Shown here piece by piece: positions 40,551 to 52,739 of a DNA stretch of 64,000 nucleotides. The notes beneath the pieces are model-generated. The model saw nothing but the letters and a program-made list of their open reading frames with translations, was not told where the DNA came from and searched no databases. Position 1 is the stretch's first letter; every line of letters starts with the position of its first letter. The stretch is from Felis catus (Eukaryota). The DNA is taken from contig NC_058368.1 of NCBI RefSeq assembly GCF_018350175.1, positions 182,468,001-182,532,000 on the forward strand, read 5' to 3'. Both the position numbers and the translations under genes were made by a program.

Positions 40551-41699
40551 AGCCACCTTGCAATCAGTGGAGCTGTCTCAGAATCAAACTAATGTAATTC
40601 CTTTAACAGGCATCACCTCTAACAGCCTTGATGCATGTACTGACTGGTGCCTTAAAGGCACCATCTGACACTTGAAATACATTTTATGCTAGGGATAGAA
40701 GAAATTACCCTTCTAGTGAAGGTGTGCTCCACAGCTGAAACTTCATATCCTCTTTAAGCTGCAGAGAAAAATTCAACTGGCTCTTCAGATCAGTGTGCCC
40801 AAAGGCCAGAACTGAAGCAAGTCATCCCATCTGGCATTTCCTGATACTTAAGACTAGAGATGTTCAATGATGTTACCAATTCATATAGAAGTTCAAGCAA
40901 TTGCCCAACTTTTAAGGTGCTATCTCAATTTATAATTACTAAGTCATTTATTGTTCCATTTATGTATGATAGAACAAGGTATAATGCAATTAAGTGGCCT
41001 ATCCAAATTCATACACTATATGGCATAGTTTAAATCACAATCCAGATTTCCAAGACCTTGCCAGATAATACATTTTACTACAGTTGCTACCTTAAATACC
41101 TCATCACTACTTGATGGCATGTGATCATATTTACAAACTGACATGAACCTTAAGGGATAAGCTCCAGATAAGTTTATTGAGTCAGAATTCAAAAACTCCA
41201 TATTAGACTGTAGTGCTGAGTCACATCATGAATTCATTCAGGATAAATGTCAAGTCCTGTACAAAGTAATAGTGGGAAAGTATAGGTGGGTTGAGATATA
41301 ACCTAACAGCAAAGGTTTAAAAGACCTGAATTTTAGTAAGATATAATAAACACAAGGGCAAAAAAAAAAAAAAAGTGACCTACTTGCCAACAATATCAGT
41401 CTATTCTTGGAATGCATTCAGAGAGTTTTGTGTTGAAGTTCTTTCCCTTTTGGAGTTTACCAAGCTAGGTTCATAAAAGTTAACACACTATTTCTGGATA
41501 CTTAGTCTCCCCTGAATCCTCCTGTAAACTGATCCAGACAAGAAAGAAAAGTTAAAGATTCTCTTTCACTTTTTCAAGAGCTTAAGATGTTTTAAACAAC
41601 CCAGCTGTTACTTTTGTAGCCTCAGTGTCCAACATAGGTACCTCCTACAGAAAAGGTTTGTTTTAGTTTGTTTTCTCAAACTCCAGAAAATTTGAAGTT

Positions 41700-42232
41700 T
41701 AAGTTTGCCCCTCTCTGTTGCAGACATTTGGAGGATTGCCTGTCCTGGTCTAGAACCATCTACTTTCTCCTGGAATTGCCTGATCTTGATCTACAGATAT
41801 TAATCTCCAGACTTGATATTGAATAACATCATTACATGACCTCAGCCCCTTAGCTCCATCTGGGTAAGGGACAGAGAGTGTCTGCCCTGAACTGAGTTGG
41901 GGCAAATGGCTTATCTCTTGTAGGATTTGGGAATGTAACAGAAGACAGTTGATTGGCTTAAGATAAACTTAATGTAAAATCGACAGCCAGGAATGCTGCA
42001 CAAGCCAGTCTGTATAGACAGAAAAAGGATAAAGCAAACTCTGAAGACATGTAGAAGAAATAAGATGGGTACTAAGAAAGAGAGAGAAACAAAAACAGAA
42101 GAAAAAAGCTCTATAGATCTTTGTTCCCCTTCCTTTTTGAAGCTGGGCTACATTCCTAAACTTCAGTTCCATGAGACACTTCTGAATTTTTATAATTTCT
42201 ATAAATAAAACTCCTGTTTGGTTTAAGCAAAA
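41700..42232 (+). mobile_element. Old LTR fragment (ERVL/MaLR-like)
   Basis: cttcagttccatgagacac..aaataaaactcctgtttggtttaagc resembles an LTR 3' end. Confidence 0.45.
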
Positions 42233-42585
42233 ACATTTATCAACAACTCAAGATCTTGGGGGAACTCTGTAGACCCTTCAGGCTCAAAGCACCAGCCAAA
42301 GCCCACCACCCACAAGTATCTCCTACTCTTTGATTTTATAGTTTCTTCCCACTTTCATCCAACATGAAAGCACAAATGGTTGCAGTCAATGTTAGTAAGT
42401 AAAGACAGTGGCATTGGCAATATCCATAAGTTTAGACAAAATCTAAAATAACTCAAAACAGCAATGCACTAGGAACTACAGAAAATTCTGAGGATTGTGA
42501 GTGTAGCAAAGAGAAGACTAGGATAGGTAAATGTACTATCTGCAAAATATATAAAGAAACATTTAACTTAATTTTTATGTAAGAT

Positions 42586-42804
42586 TTTTTTTCTTTTTTT
42601 CTTAAGTTTACTTATTTATTTTGAGAGACAGAGAAGGCATGGGTGAGGAAGGGGCAGAGAGAGAGGGAGAGAGAAAGAATCCCAAGCACGCTCCACACGG
42701 TCAGTGCAGAGCCCAGAGTGGGGCTCGAACTCACAAACCGTGAGATCATGACCTGAGCTGAAACCAAGAGTCAGATGCTAAACTGACTAAGCCACCTAGG
42801 TGCA
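42586..42804 (-). mobile_element. Can-SINE
   Basis: gggctcgaactcacaaaccgtgagatcatgacctgagctg..gactaagccacctaggtgc. Confidence 0.94.
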
Positions 42805-43738
42805 GTTTTTTTTTTTTCTTAATTCAGAACCATTAAAATGAAACAGGGTCTTCTGAAAGTAGTGAGTTCCCTGAAATTGGAGGCATTTTAACAAACTTTA
42901 GATGCCTACTTAGCAAAGTATTTGTAGAACATCTATTCAAGTATTAAATCAAATGGGCGATTATATTAACTTACTTCTACATGCTTTGCCAACTCTATGA
43001 TTCTTTGATTCATCAATTTATTTTGAATGCCCACAGGATATACTGTAAAATGTAATGTTGATCTCTACATGACTAATAATAACATCTTGTTTGAATCACA
43101 ACATGCAGTACTATGCCAACCTTTGTGATGGACAGGCATTATGAAAATATACAAGGCAGTAATATTTACCGATTGTATGATCTTATCCCCAAAGGAGAAA
43201 GCCCTTTACAATGACATTTAAAGGTAGGCTTTTGTTTAAGATCAACTGTGTAAAACAACAGCAATAAGTACAAGGTGGCTCAAACATATGTTCATCTTGA
43301 TGACACCTTATCTGAATGGTGTCTTCAGTTGAAACACCAAGTCCGGAATACTGTGATCTCACCCTTCTAGAAAGCTTCATAATCACATTTTGTTATTATT
43401 GCCAAAGCCACAAAGAAAGCGCATTACAAGCTTAAAGTTTTTCAAGTGCCTTGTTCTTCTTTTTCAAAATTGTTTACTGTATAATTTAGACGTCCTCAGA
43501 TGGGTTCTTTTTATATATACATATATATATATATATATATAAATTTATAATATGGTTACTTCTGTTAGGGCACATTAAAACAAAAAAGATTAAGCCAGTT
43601 ACAACAAAGAAACAATTATTAAATGTTATTCAGCCAGATGTGCTGACAGTATCCAGTACTCTTTCATTCCAGACAATGGTGAGAGTGAAAGCCCATATCC
43701 CATATTCACTTTCCTCATCATATCATAAGATTGTCCAT

Positions 43739-44035
43739 GTGTAGTGGGCTCAGTGGTAGTTCCCAAAAACATATGTCCATGTCTTAATCCCTGAAAATTG
43801 TGACTACTACCTTACATAGCAAAGGAACAAAAGAACAAATGTTTCCTTGTATGGCAAAAGATACAGTTTAAGGATCTTAAGAGGAGATGATTATCCTGGG
43901 TGATCCAGGTGTCTCCTAAATGCCATCACAATCATCCTTATAAAAGAGAGGCAGGAGATCAGACAGGCATACAGAAGAGAAGAAGATATTATGTAGATAG
44001 TGTCCCGATGATATTCTGATTTCTGACTTCTGGTT
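43739..44035 (+). mobile_element. MLT1C/D-like MaLR LTR fragment
   Basis: tgtagtgggctcagtggt..atatgtccatgtcttaatccctg..gattatcctggg..cctaaatgccatcaca..ccttataaaagagaggcag. Confidence 0.8.
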
Positions 44036-44109
44036 CATTAAATGTTTACTTATTTTCTATTACTGTCCTTCAGTTGGGATGAAAGCACTCCTAAATCAAC
44101 ATTATGATA

Positions 44110-45940
44110 TTTTTAAGGACATGCTTTGAACAGACAACTCATAAAAAGAAATATAAAAATTTCCTCTAAACATATAGATACTCATCTTCATTCTCTTAAG
44201 AGAAATGTAATTAAAACTATGGAGGCAACATCTATAAACCACTCAATTGGCAATTCAAAAGCTTGACAATCCACTCAGCTGGAAAGTCTGTGCAGAAAGA
44301 GGGTCTCTCTGACATGCCTCATGGGAATAAAAAATGGCGCAACCCTTATGAAGAGGAATTTGAAAATATTTTACCAAACTCCATGTGTAGTGCTACTTCC
44401 AGAAATTTACCCTCAAGATATACCACCAAAAATATGCAAATTCATTTGCTGTATGCAAATTAACAAGGTTATTCACTGAAGTATTATTTGTAATTGCAAA
44501 ATATCAGAATCCATGTAACTCTCCAAGCATAAAAAAGTAGGTAAAAGTAATGGAGTGCTACACTTCTATAAAGAAAATGAGGAAGGACTCTATTAACAAG
44601 ACATACCGTTAAGTGAAAATGCAAAGTATGAAAGAACATACACGTGATACTATATATTGTATGAGAACAGAAACTAAGAAAATATACATACACTTGCTCG
44701 TCATTTAAAAAAGCAACACAGGACTCATAAACCAGAAAAATAAAAAAAAGAAATTAACTACATGTGGTGAGGTGAAAGAATGGACTGAAAGGGATATGAG
44801 AAAGAGTGATATTTCTCTGAGTATACTTTTATGTATACTTTGGAATTTTAAGCATGTTAATATACCACATATCTAAAAATATTAATTAAATCAATATGAA
44901 AGGGAAGGGGAAATAACTGCAAGCAATCTGAAATAAATGAGCCTTCATCATATTTCAAGAGAACACCATAACCCCATGGAAAGGATTAAAAATAAAGAAC
45001 TAATCTAAGTACTGGTGAACAGAGCACTCAGTTATATATATATTCAGTCTTGGGCAGAGTAGGCTGTATGGTGGAGTGGTAGAACAGCCAAAAATCCTAA
45101 ATTATTTTCAGTTTTGTTTGTTATAATCAAATGAGTGAGGAAGGGGGGTGGGAGAAAGAAAAGAAACAACAACTCTACAATGGAGAAAGGGGAAATGGGT
45201 AACACCTTGATCAGATGTTAAAATTAACACCACCAATGAGGACAGATGAACATTATGTGGCTGGTTTAAGAGGCATTTTAAGGACAAAATTCCTCCTAGG
45301 CAGCATTCCAATGAGAAGGCATAAACACAATCTAGTCAACAAAGAAATACAAAACCAAACACACAATAAGAAATGTTCTATTTTTGAAAAGATGGGAGAA
45401 TATATTTTCAAAAATGTCAATGTCTTTAAAGACAAAGAAAGGCTATGGAAAAGACTGAGATTAAAGAAACGTTAAAGATGCTAAAAAGACAGGACAACTA
45501 AAGGAAATACCAGCCTGTAAACTGGATTCTGAACTGGAAGAGAAAAAAATAAATTGTTTAAAAGGATACTGTTGAATAAACTGACCAAGTTGAATGTGGA
45601 TGGTAATTTAGACAAAGGTATTGTATATATGTAAATTTATTAAGTTGACAAGAGCAATGTGATTATGTTAGAGAATATACCTATTCTTTGGAAATCCTAT
45701 GCTTAAAGAATTTATGGGTTAAAGGCCATGGGATATGAAATGTACCTTCAAATGGTACTGAAAAAAATTACATCTATACATATATGTAGAGAGAGCATGA
45801 GAGAGATTGAGAGGACCTAAATGATAAGACAAATAAAGTAAAATATTAATAGGTAAATTTAGATAAAAATATGTTATTTGTACCATGAGGCAATGTTTTA
45901 TAAGTTCAAAATCATTCCAAACAAAATATATCCAAAAATA
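44110..45940 (+). mobile_element. Old L1MC/ME 3' region
   Basis: agagaaatgtaattaaaacta, gttaagtgaaaatgcaaag, aaagacaggacaactaaagg..ctggattctgaactgg, aaatcattccaaacaaaa. Confidence 0.8.
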
Positions 45941-46864
45941 GAAATTATTTCAATCTTAAAATTGCTCAATGACAAAAAACAAAACAAAAACAAAAACAAA
46001 AAACAAAAAAATCCAACTTGTTTCTATTTAACATCTCTAATAATCAAGATAAATAGACCCACTATGTGCTCCCCTCTTCCATCTACACAAAACAAACACC
46101 ACATCTCAAATCTCAAAGAGCTTTTATTCTAATCAATGTACTGAAATATGTCACTTAAGAATAATATTAAAACTACAGGTCTCAAATAAATGCTAAATGA
46201 AAGACACATGTAATAGCCAGTACAGACATTTTTTTTCTTACCTAATTGAGACTTTTTATAATTTCTCTTCTTTCTTATTTTACACAAGTGAGTTGAAAAA
46301 CCAATTACCCTTTGATAAATAACCTCACATTTACTTGAAAACCACTCTTGAAATATCCTGCCTCCCTTCCTCAGCTTGAAGAACTCTATTTCCTCAATTT
46401 TGTCTATCTTTCTCATATTAATTCTCTCCTCCAAGAGTAAAATATGCTGATCAGCTGCCGTTTATGCAGGCCTTAAAACTAGCACAAGATGCTTTACCAG
46501 CATCCTTCTGTGTCTGTGTTAGCATTCCTGTGATAGGCTCCAAATCATGAATTTGGGGATTGGTTGATTAGATTTTTCATCAAATTACAGGATCTTTTCC
46601 CCAATGTTAAACATAGAAATTTTCCCCACAGTATAGCAGACAACTTGGTGACATGAGCTCATGAAATTTTATTTATGTATTGATTATGCTCCTATACTCA
46701 CTGTGTAGATTTTGTTATACTAATGAAACACTATCTGGATTTTAGAATTCCCCATCCTCAGACACACTGAAAACTCATCTGTCAAGTTAATATTTGACCC
46801 TCAAAGTACTTGAGCATAAAATTTGCATTAATTTCCTGCATTAATAAAATGGAATAATAAAATG

Positions 46865-46866
<2 letters not shown>

Positions 46867-46911
<45 letters not shown>
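46867..46911. repeat. (TA)n microsatellite at a SINE tail position
   Basis: Directly visible. Confidence 0.95.
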
Positions 46912-46912
<1 letters not shown>

Positions 46913-47114
46913 TTAAATTAACGCTTATTTATTTTGAGAGAGAACGAGAGAGTAAATAGGGGAGGGGAAGAAAGAGAGGAAGAGATAGTCCCAGGCAGGG
47001 CCGTGGTGCCAGTGCAGAGCCTGCTGTGGGGCTAGATCTTACCAACTGTGATATCATGATCTGAGTCAGTGTCAAAATTTGGGCGCTTAACTGACTGAGC
47101 CACGCAAGTGCCCC
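46912..47114 (-). mobile_element. Can-SINE
   Basis: cgcttaactgactgagccacgcaagtgcccc; TSD-like aaatggaat on both sides. Confidence 0.93.
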
Positions 47115-47149
47115 AAATGGAATTTTTTTAAAAAAAATTAGAGGTTTGT

Positions 47150-47316
47150 AGAGCACCTGGGTGGCTCAGTGGGTTAAGCATCCAACTCTTGATTTCCACT
47201 CAAGTCGTGACCCCAGGGTTGTGGGATACAGCCCCTCCATGTTCAGTGTGGAGCCTGCTTAAGATTCTCTTTCCCTTGCCCCTCCCTGACTCATGTGCTC
47301 ATTCTCTCACTAAAAT
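47150..47316 (+). mobile_element. Can-SINE, different (probably older) subtype
   Basis: gcacctgggtggctcagtgggttaagcatcc..cagggttgtgggat..gagcctgcttaagattctct. Confidence 0.9.
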
Positions 47317-47319
47317 TGA

Positions 47320-47371
<52 letters not shown>

Positions 47372-47466
47372 AAAGAAAAGAAAAGAAAAGAAAAGAAAAG
47401 AAAAGAAAAGAAAAGAAAAGAAAAGAAAAGAAAAGAAAAGAAGGAAGGAAGGAAGGAAGGAAGAAA
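47317..47466. repeat. Compound (GAAA)n(GAAAA)n(GGAA)n microsatellite grown from the SINE tail
   Basis: Directly visible. Confidence 0.95.
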
Positions 47467-49380
47467 TGTAGAGGGTTTTTTTTTTTTTTTTGGTTTTGCA
47501 AAATATGGTGTGTTTAGTTTTGTAATTAGGATACTAGAAAAATAACAGTACTTTTAGAGATAGCTTACTCAAGAAGCATATCGGATGTTAGGATCAAAAT
47601 CAATGATCTTTTCAAATAAATTCATAGGTACTAATGAGAAATCCAAAAGAAGTTTAAATTCTTTTCATTAAAGCCATGTCAATGTTGTAACCTTGAAGGT
47701 CTAACACCCCTACAATCATTTGACACAAGTTCCGATATTTGTAGGCAAAATATGTGAAGTTTTCTAATATACCAAATATTGCATGAGTGTACAAGAATTC
47801 CTATTTTTATATTTCTATTTGTGGAACTTTCAGAATCTTATAGACTTTTTTTTTTCTTCATGAATTCATTATTCCTTCCTCCCTCTCTTCTCTCCTCCAT
47901 TCCTTTTTCCTTCTTTTCTGGTGGGAGCAGCCAGTAATAATTTTTGATTGACTGTCCACTATGCCTTAAATAAGTATAGAAATCTGGAGTTCCAGTTCCA
48001 TCTTTCTGTGTCTGCTTCTGTTTGCCAATTGCCACTCATTCCTCCTTATAACTATATTATCACCTTTCTTTGTTCTCTTTTTTTAAATAATAAATATGGG
48101 CAATGAAGTGTATTTTTTTGCTCATCTATCCATTAATTTATTTACTAATGAATGCATGCAATTTCTGTGTTAATTCATTTATTCATTTCCTCATGCTTCA
48201 GACACAATTAAAGGCTGACATAAAATCATAAAAAGAAGTATGTTTCTTTATTTTTTATTTATTTATTTTTTTAGTACCCTACCTGAATCTCCCAATTAGA
48301 GGCAGCATCTGCTTTTAGATTTCAGGTTTGTAACCAGCCAGAATAAGCTGTTTAAGATGTACAAAGGGATGAACTGGAAAGAACAATTAAATATGTTCAT
48401 TGCTAATGAATGATTTTCATGCTGGGTGAGCCCATAAAAAAGTAATGAGAGTTATACAATGAGCTGATCTTAGGCACTCTATAGTCCCCTAATTCATGTT
48501 CACCCACTGGCTGAAATGGATTCAAATGGATTCATCAGTATACAGTCTACGAGCTAGCATTTGCCAGGTAGGAGAGCTTTTCACTGTCAAGTCTAATGAG
48601 TTATTACTAATGGCAGGTAGTTTCTGGCAACAGCTGGTAGCATTTATCCAGAATAAGAAAGGTATAAATGAGTTCCATGACAACCCGATCTGGCAGCAGG
48701 GGAAGATAAAGGAGAATGCCGAAGAGGTAGACCACCTGAAGGTGTAGGGAGAGATGCAATGAGAGCTGGTTTAAAGGTTCAAGAAGACAAACTTTATATC
48801 ACACACTTGCCTTGGGTCACCTGGCACAGAAAGAGGAATTTTCTCTAGATCTTTAGATAAAGATGGAGAGGAATGTGTTTCCTGCTTAAAAAAAAAAAAA
48901 AAGGAACTTTTCCAGGAACGTTCTAGAATATCCAGTTAAAAGTATATTCTCACTGCATATTTTATAGCCCCATTCCACAGCTGAGCATTTTAGTTTATGT
49001 TCTGTAAAATTTTCACTTGAAGTACAGAGATCAGCAGCTTTTAAATACTTAAAGATTACCAGTTTTCTACAGTAAAGTGTGTCTTCTGTGGCCTCTTATT
49101 TTGATTTCTTCAATAGAGTGCAATGTCCTTCAGACTGCTTTTTACTCATATTTGCTTCCTAAGGACCCAAGTGTTCTATCAGCCTGACTGATATTACCCA
49201 TATCAATCATTAGTTGATTGTTCTGTTGTCAATCACTGCCCTACTTCTAACAGTAATTTTTTAACCAATTATTAAAGTAATCTGGTAATCAAAAGGACCA
49301 AGTTTTGTGTTTCAAAGGATATTAGTGGTAATATTTCTCTTCACAAGACTGCACCATTTAACTCCTGCTGAGGAAAATGG

Positions 49381-49910
49381 TATGATGGTTAATTTTATGT
49401 CTGAACTTGACCAAGCCACAAGGTGACCAGACCTTTGTTAAAACATTATTTTGGTTGTGTCTCTGGGGGTGTTTTAACAGGACTTCAACATTTAAGTCAA
49501 TAGATTGAGTAAAGCAGTTTGTCTTCTCTACTGTGGGTTGGGCCCATCCAATTAGTTGAGGGCCTAAATAAAACAAAAATGTTGACATTCCCAGGAGTAA
49601 GAAGAAATTTCTCCTCCCTTACTGCTTTCAAACTGAGACATAAGTTTCTCCTACCTTTGTAGATGTAGTGAAACTTTAGCTCTTCCTAGACCTCGAGACT
49701 ACTGGCCTTTGGACTAAAACTACACCATCAGCTCCCCTGGCTCTCAGCTCTTCAGACTCAGACTGGAGCTATACCCATAGGCTCTTCTAGGCCACCAGCC
49801 TCCTGACTGCAGACCTTTGGACTTGTCAACCTCAGAAATCATGTGAACCTATGCATTATAATAAATATCATAAATATCTCCTACTCTTTTTCTCTGGAGA
49901 ACTTTAACAC
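49381..49910 (+). mobile_element. MLT2 (ERVL) solo LTR
   Basis: tgatggttaattttatgtctgaacttgac start; gggcccatccaattagttgagggcct; tttctctggagaac end. Confidence 0.88.
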
Positions 49911-50650
49911 ATGTGGAAACTTCCAGAAATAAAAGAATTAGATTGAATTGAGTGTCTAAATGCCTGTGTGCCTTCATGTTGACTAATTTTTTTAATAAAT
50001 CACAAAATCTGGCACATAGCTTGTGTCTAATAAATATTTATTAAATGAATGGGTAAGCTAATTTGTCAATTATGTACACTGTTGTTAGTATATTAATCAT
50101 GTTAATTACATATATAAAGAGGTATATATACAGTTAATTATATTAATTACATGTACAAGAAAACTGTATTCAAGTTGTTGTAAAAGTGATATATCTGCTG
50201 GAAACTAGAGAACTAATTGAGCTCTCTCTTGAAGAGTCATTCCTACCCCCAATAATCAGTAAAAAATAATAATAATAACATGTCTTCTATAACTTACAAT
50301 GTGATTTTAAGTAACTCATGTATACAGTATCTCAGTTTCCTTATTTACCAAAAGAAAAAGTGGGAAATTTTTCAGACTCTTACAACTAAATAATTAGAAT
50401 CCATGTCAGTATAATACTGAATGATCATAGTAATAGAAAGGGGAGCGAGAAAGAAAAGTGAAAATAAATGTACTAATAATATTCAATCCTAATTTTATTA
50501 TATCTTTTGTATGTCTTATCTGTTGAAAGATTTGGTTCATTCCAAAGGTTGGTTTAGAACTGATAACACTGAATACTCTATATCTCTTGGCAAATTGAAG
50601 AGTAAGTAATAGAATATTTAATTATATATTAATGCTGTATCACTATTTTA

Positions 50651-51529
50651 TTATTGCTTTTTTTTTCCACAGATGGTAGCGATATTTTTATTTTTGCTGA
50701 GCAGAGGCAGCATTTACTGCTGACGTCTGGGCCACAGCTGCCCTGTGGCTCCCCTTGAGTCACACTGGATACTCGGCTCCAGCTGAAGGAACAAGCAAGG
50801 TCACCAGTAAAGGGGTAAAGCTCACCCCTCACTCACTGCAAGGTCTCCAGCAAGCCCTTCTCAGGAGAGAGCTCTGACAGCAATATGTTTTCAAGAAGTC
50901 CAGCCAGAGATGGGACTTGAGGTCAAGTTCAGGGGCAGACTTCCTTTCAGTCATAGGCTCACAGCTTTTCTGGGGTGACAGCCCATTGTATGGGATGTGG
51001 GGTATTGTCTATGAATGTGATCACTTCTAGGCCCCCCATGGGGCCTTTTACCACCACTGAGGTATGGATCACACCCTTCCCTCAGCTTTCTCGCATCACT
51101 TAGCCCTGTTTGTGCAGCAATGCTCGCAACTTCCTGGCATTCTGGGACCTCTCTGCACCTCAGGAAGTGCCAGCAAGGGACTGGCACATGGCAGAGACCA
51201 CCTGGATCTTCATGTTTTTATAGGATGCTTTGATGTATGCAATGGGGATCTCCTCGAATTTCTTTCATGCCCATGTTAGAGAACATTCCTGTCCTGGAAA
51301 TGGGGGACTAAAGTTGCTGCTCTTCGAAGCCTGAGCCACCGCCTTTGTCCTCAACCTCCTGCTTGGCCACTGCATCTTGTAGCTGCTAGGTGCCTGTGTG
51401 GATGATGGAGGTGGGCACCCTGGCCACAACTCTGGGCATTGGTAGCCAAGCCCATGACCACAAGGGCCAAGAGCCCATCCTTCCTACCACCTGCATGGCT
51501 TGAATTGACCTCCATCAGAACCTGTCCTA
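50651..51529 (-). pseudogene. MRPS11: Processed pseudogene of mitochondrial ribosomal protein S11 (CDS-derived part about 51496..50951, plus UTR remnants)
   Basis: Manual minus-strand translation across frameshifts gives [123 protein letters not shown]. This is collinear with mammalian MRPS11 as I recall it ([37 protein letters not shown]). No introns; in-frame stops; AATAAA at 50692-50687; T-rich tail remnant 50651-50666; TSD tatcactatttta at 50638-50650 and 51530-51542. Confidence 0.93.
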
Positions 51530-51542
51530 TATCACTATTTTA

Positions 51543-51756
51543 TTTATTTAATTTATTTTTTAAGGTTTTAATTTAGTTTCGAGAGAGAGAGAGAAAGAGA
51601 GAGGGGAGGAGGGGCAGAGAGAGACAGAGAGGGAGAGAGAGAATCCCAAGCAGGCTCCGTGCTGTCAGCGCAGAGCTGGGACTTGGGCTTGAACTCAATG
51701 ACCTGACCGGAAACCAAGAGTCAGAGGCTTAAGCAAGTGAGCCGTCCCAGTGCCCC
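51543..51756 (-). mobile_element. Can-SINE inserted in the pseudogene TSD
   Basis: gagaatcccaagcaggctccgtgctgtcagc; TSD cactatttta at 51533-51542 and 51757-51766. Confidence 0.93.
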
Positions 51757-51950
51757 CACTATTTTACATTTTACATTACTAGTGTTAATTTTATTCTATA
51801 TTTTAACTGTGTATATTTCTCTATTTTTTTTTTCACTGTGAACCTCTTTAGGACAATCTTTCTTACTGTTTTTATATCCTTGCTCATACTAGTAACACTT
51901 CTTAATGAAAGAAGACACCATTTTCAAAGATTATTATATACATTTTACTT

Positions 51951-52163
51951 CTTTTTTTTGGACGTTTTTATTTTATTTTTTGAGAGATAGATACAGAGAA
52001 CTAGTTGGGGAGGGGCAGAGACAGGGATACACAGAATCTGAAACATGCTCCAGGCTCTGAGCTGTCAGCACAGAGCCTGAGGTGGGGCTCGAACCCACAA
52101 ACTGTGAGATCATGACCTGCGCTGAAGTCAGACGCTTAACTGACTGAGCCACCCCGGCACCCC
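51951..52163 (-). mobile_element. Felid Can-SINE
   Basis: ctccaggctctgagctgtcagc..cttaactgactgagccaccccggcacccc; TSD-like ttttacttct. Confidence 0.95.
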
Positions 52164-52739
52164 TGTATCTTTTACTTCTAATATCATAATTGTATTTTGG
52201 ATTAAGAAAATTGAGAAGTACCATTTTTAATATTAAAAGTAATTTGTTTCCTCTTTCATTAGATAAGGACCATAAAAGAGGGTACCTTGAGATTATTTGT
52301 TTCTGAGATTTGAAATAAATACAATTCAATTTTATAGGGAATATGTCTAAGATGAGGCCACCATAATATGTTAAATTAACATATTTTTCTCAGTTTCTCC
52401 TCTATTTTGCTTTCTTCTGAAACTGTCGTAATGAGGGCAGAAAAAGAGACAAGCAATAAGCAAAGGCAGAAGTACTGGAAAGAAGGAGACATGAAGACAT
52501 TCTGTATCTATAAAGCTATCTCTTTCTGTCTATACATACCGCAAAAACAAAAATATGCACAGCTTGCATCCAACCAAAATAGGTAGAACTGACTCTGAAA
52601 AAAAATTAAAGAAGTCTTTATACTAATAACTCACTGATATTATAAAATTAACTTTTTTTTAATCTGGCAAGTAAACTGAAACAAAATTTGAATATGAGAA
52701 AAATACTCATAAAATACTTAATAATAGTACACTACCTTA

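Larger units (their letters stand above)
41220..43012 (+). mobile_element. L3/CR1 LINE 3' region, fragmented by later insertions
   Basis: caggataaatgtcaagtcctg..attcttggaatgcatt; gagaagactagga..tatctgcaaaatatataaag; gtagtgagttccctg..ggaggcatttta; ccaactctatgattctttgattc (CR1 ATTCTRTG-like terminus). Confidence 0.7.

Noticed and set aside
48270..48345. Possible minus-strand splice donor (cag/gtaggg) and CTCF-like motif
   Set aside because: No supportable acceptor or coding frame; the motif match is partial.
50951..51279. ORFs 50951-51187 (minus) and 51064-51279 (plus) as functional genes
   Set aside because: They are mixed-frame or antisense fragments of the disrupted MRPS11 retrocopy.
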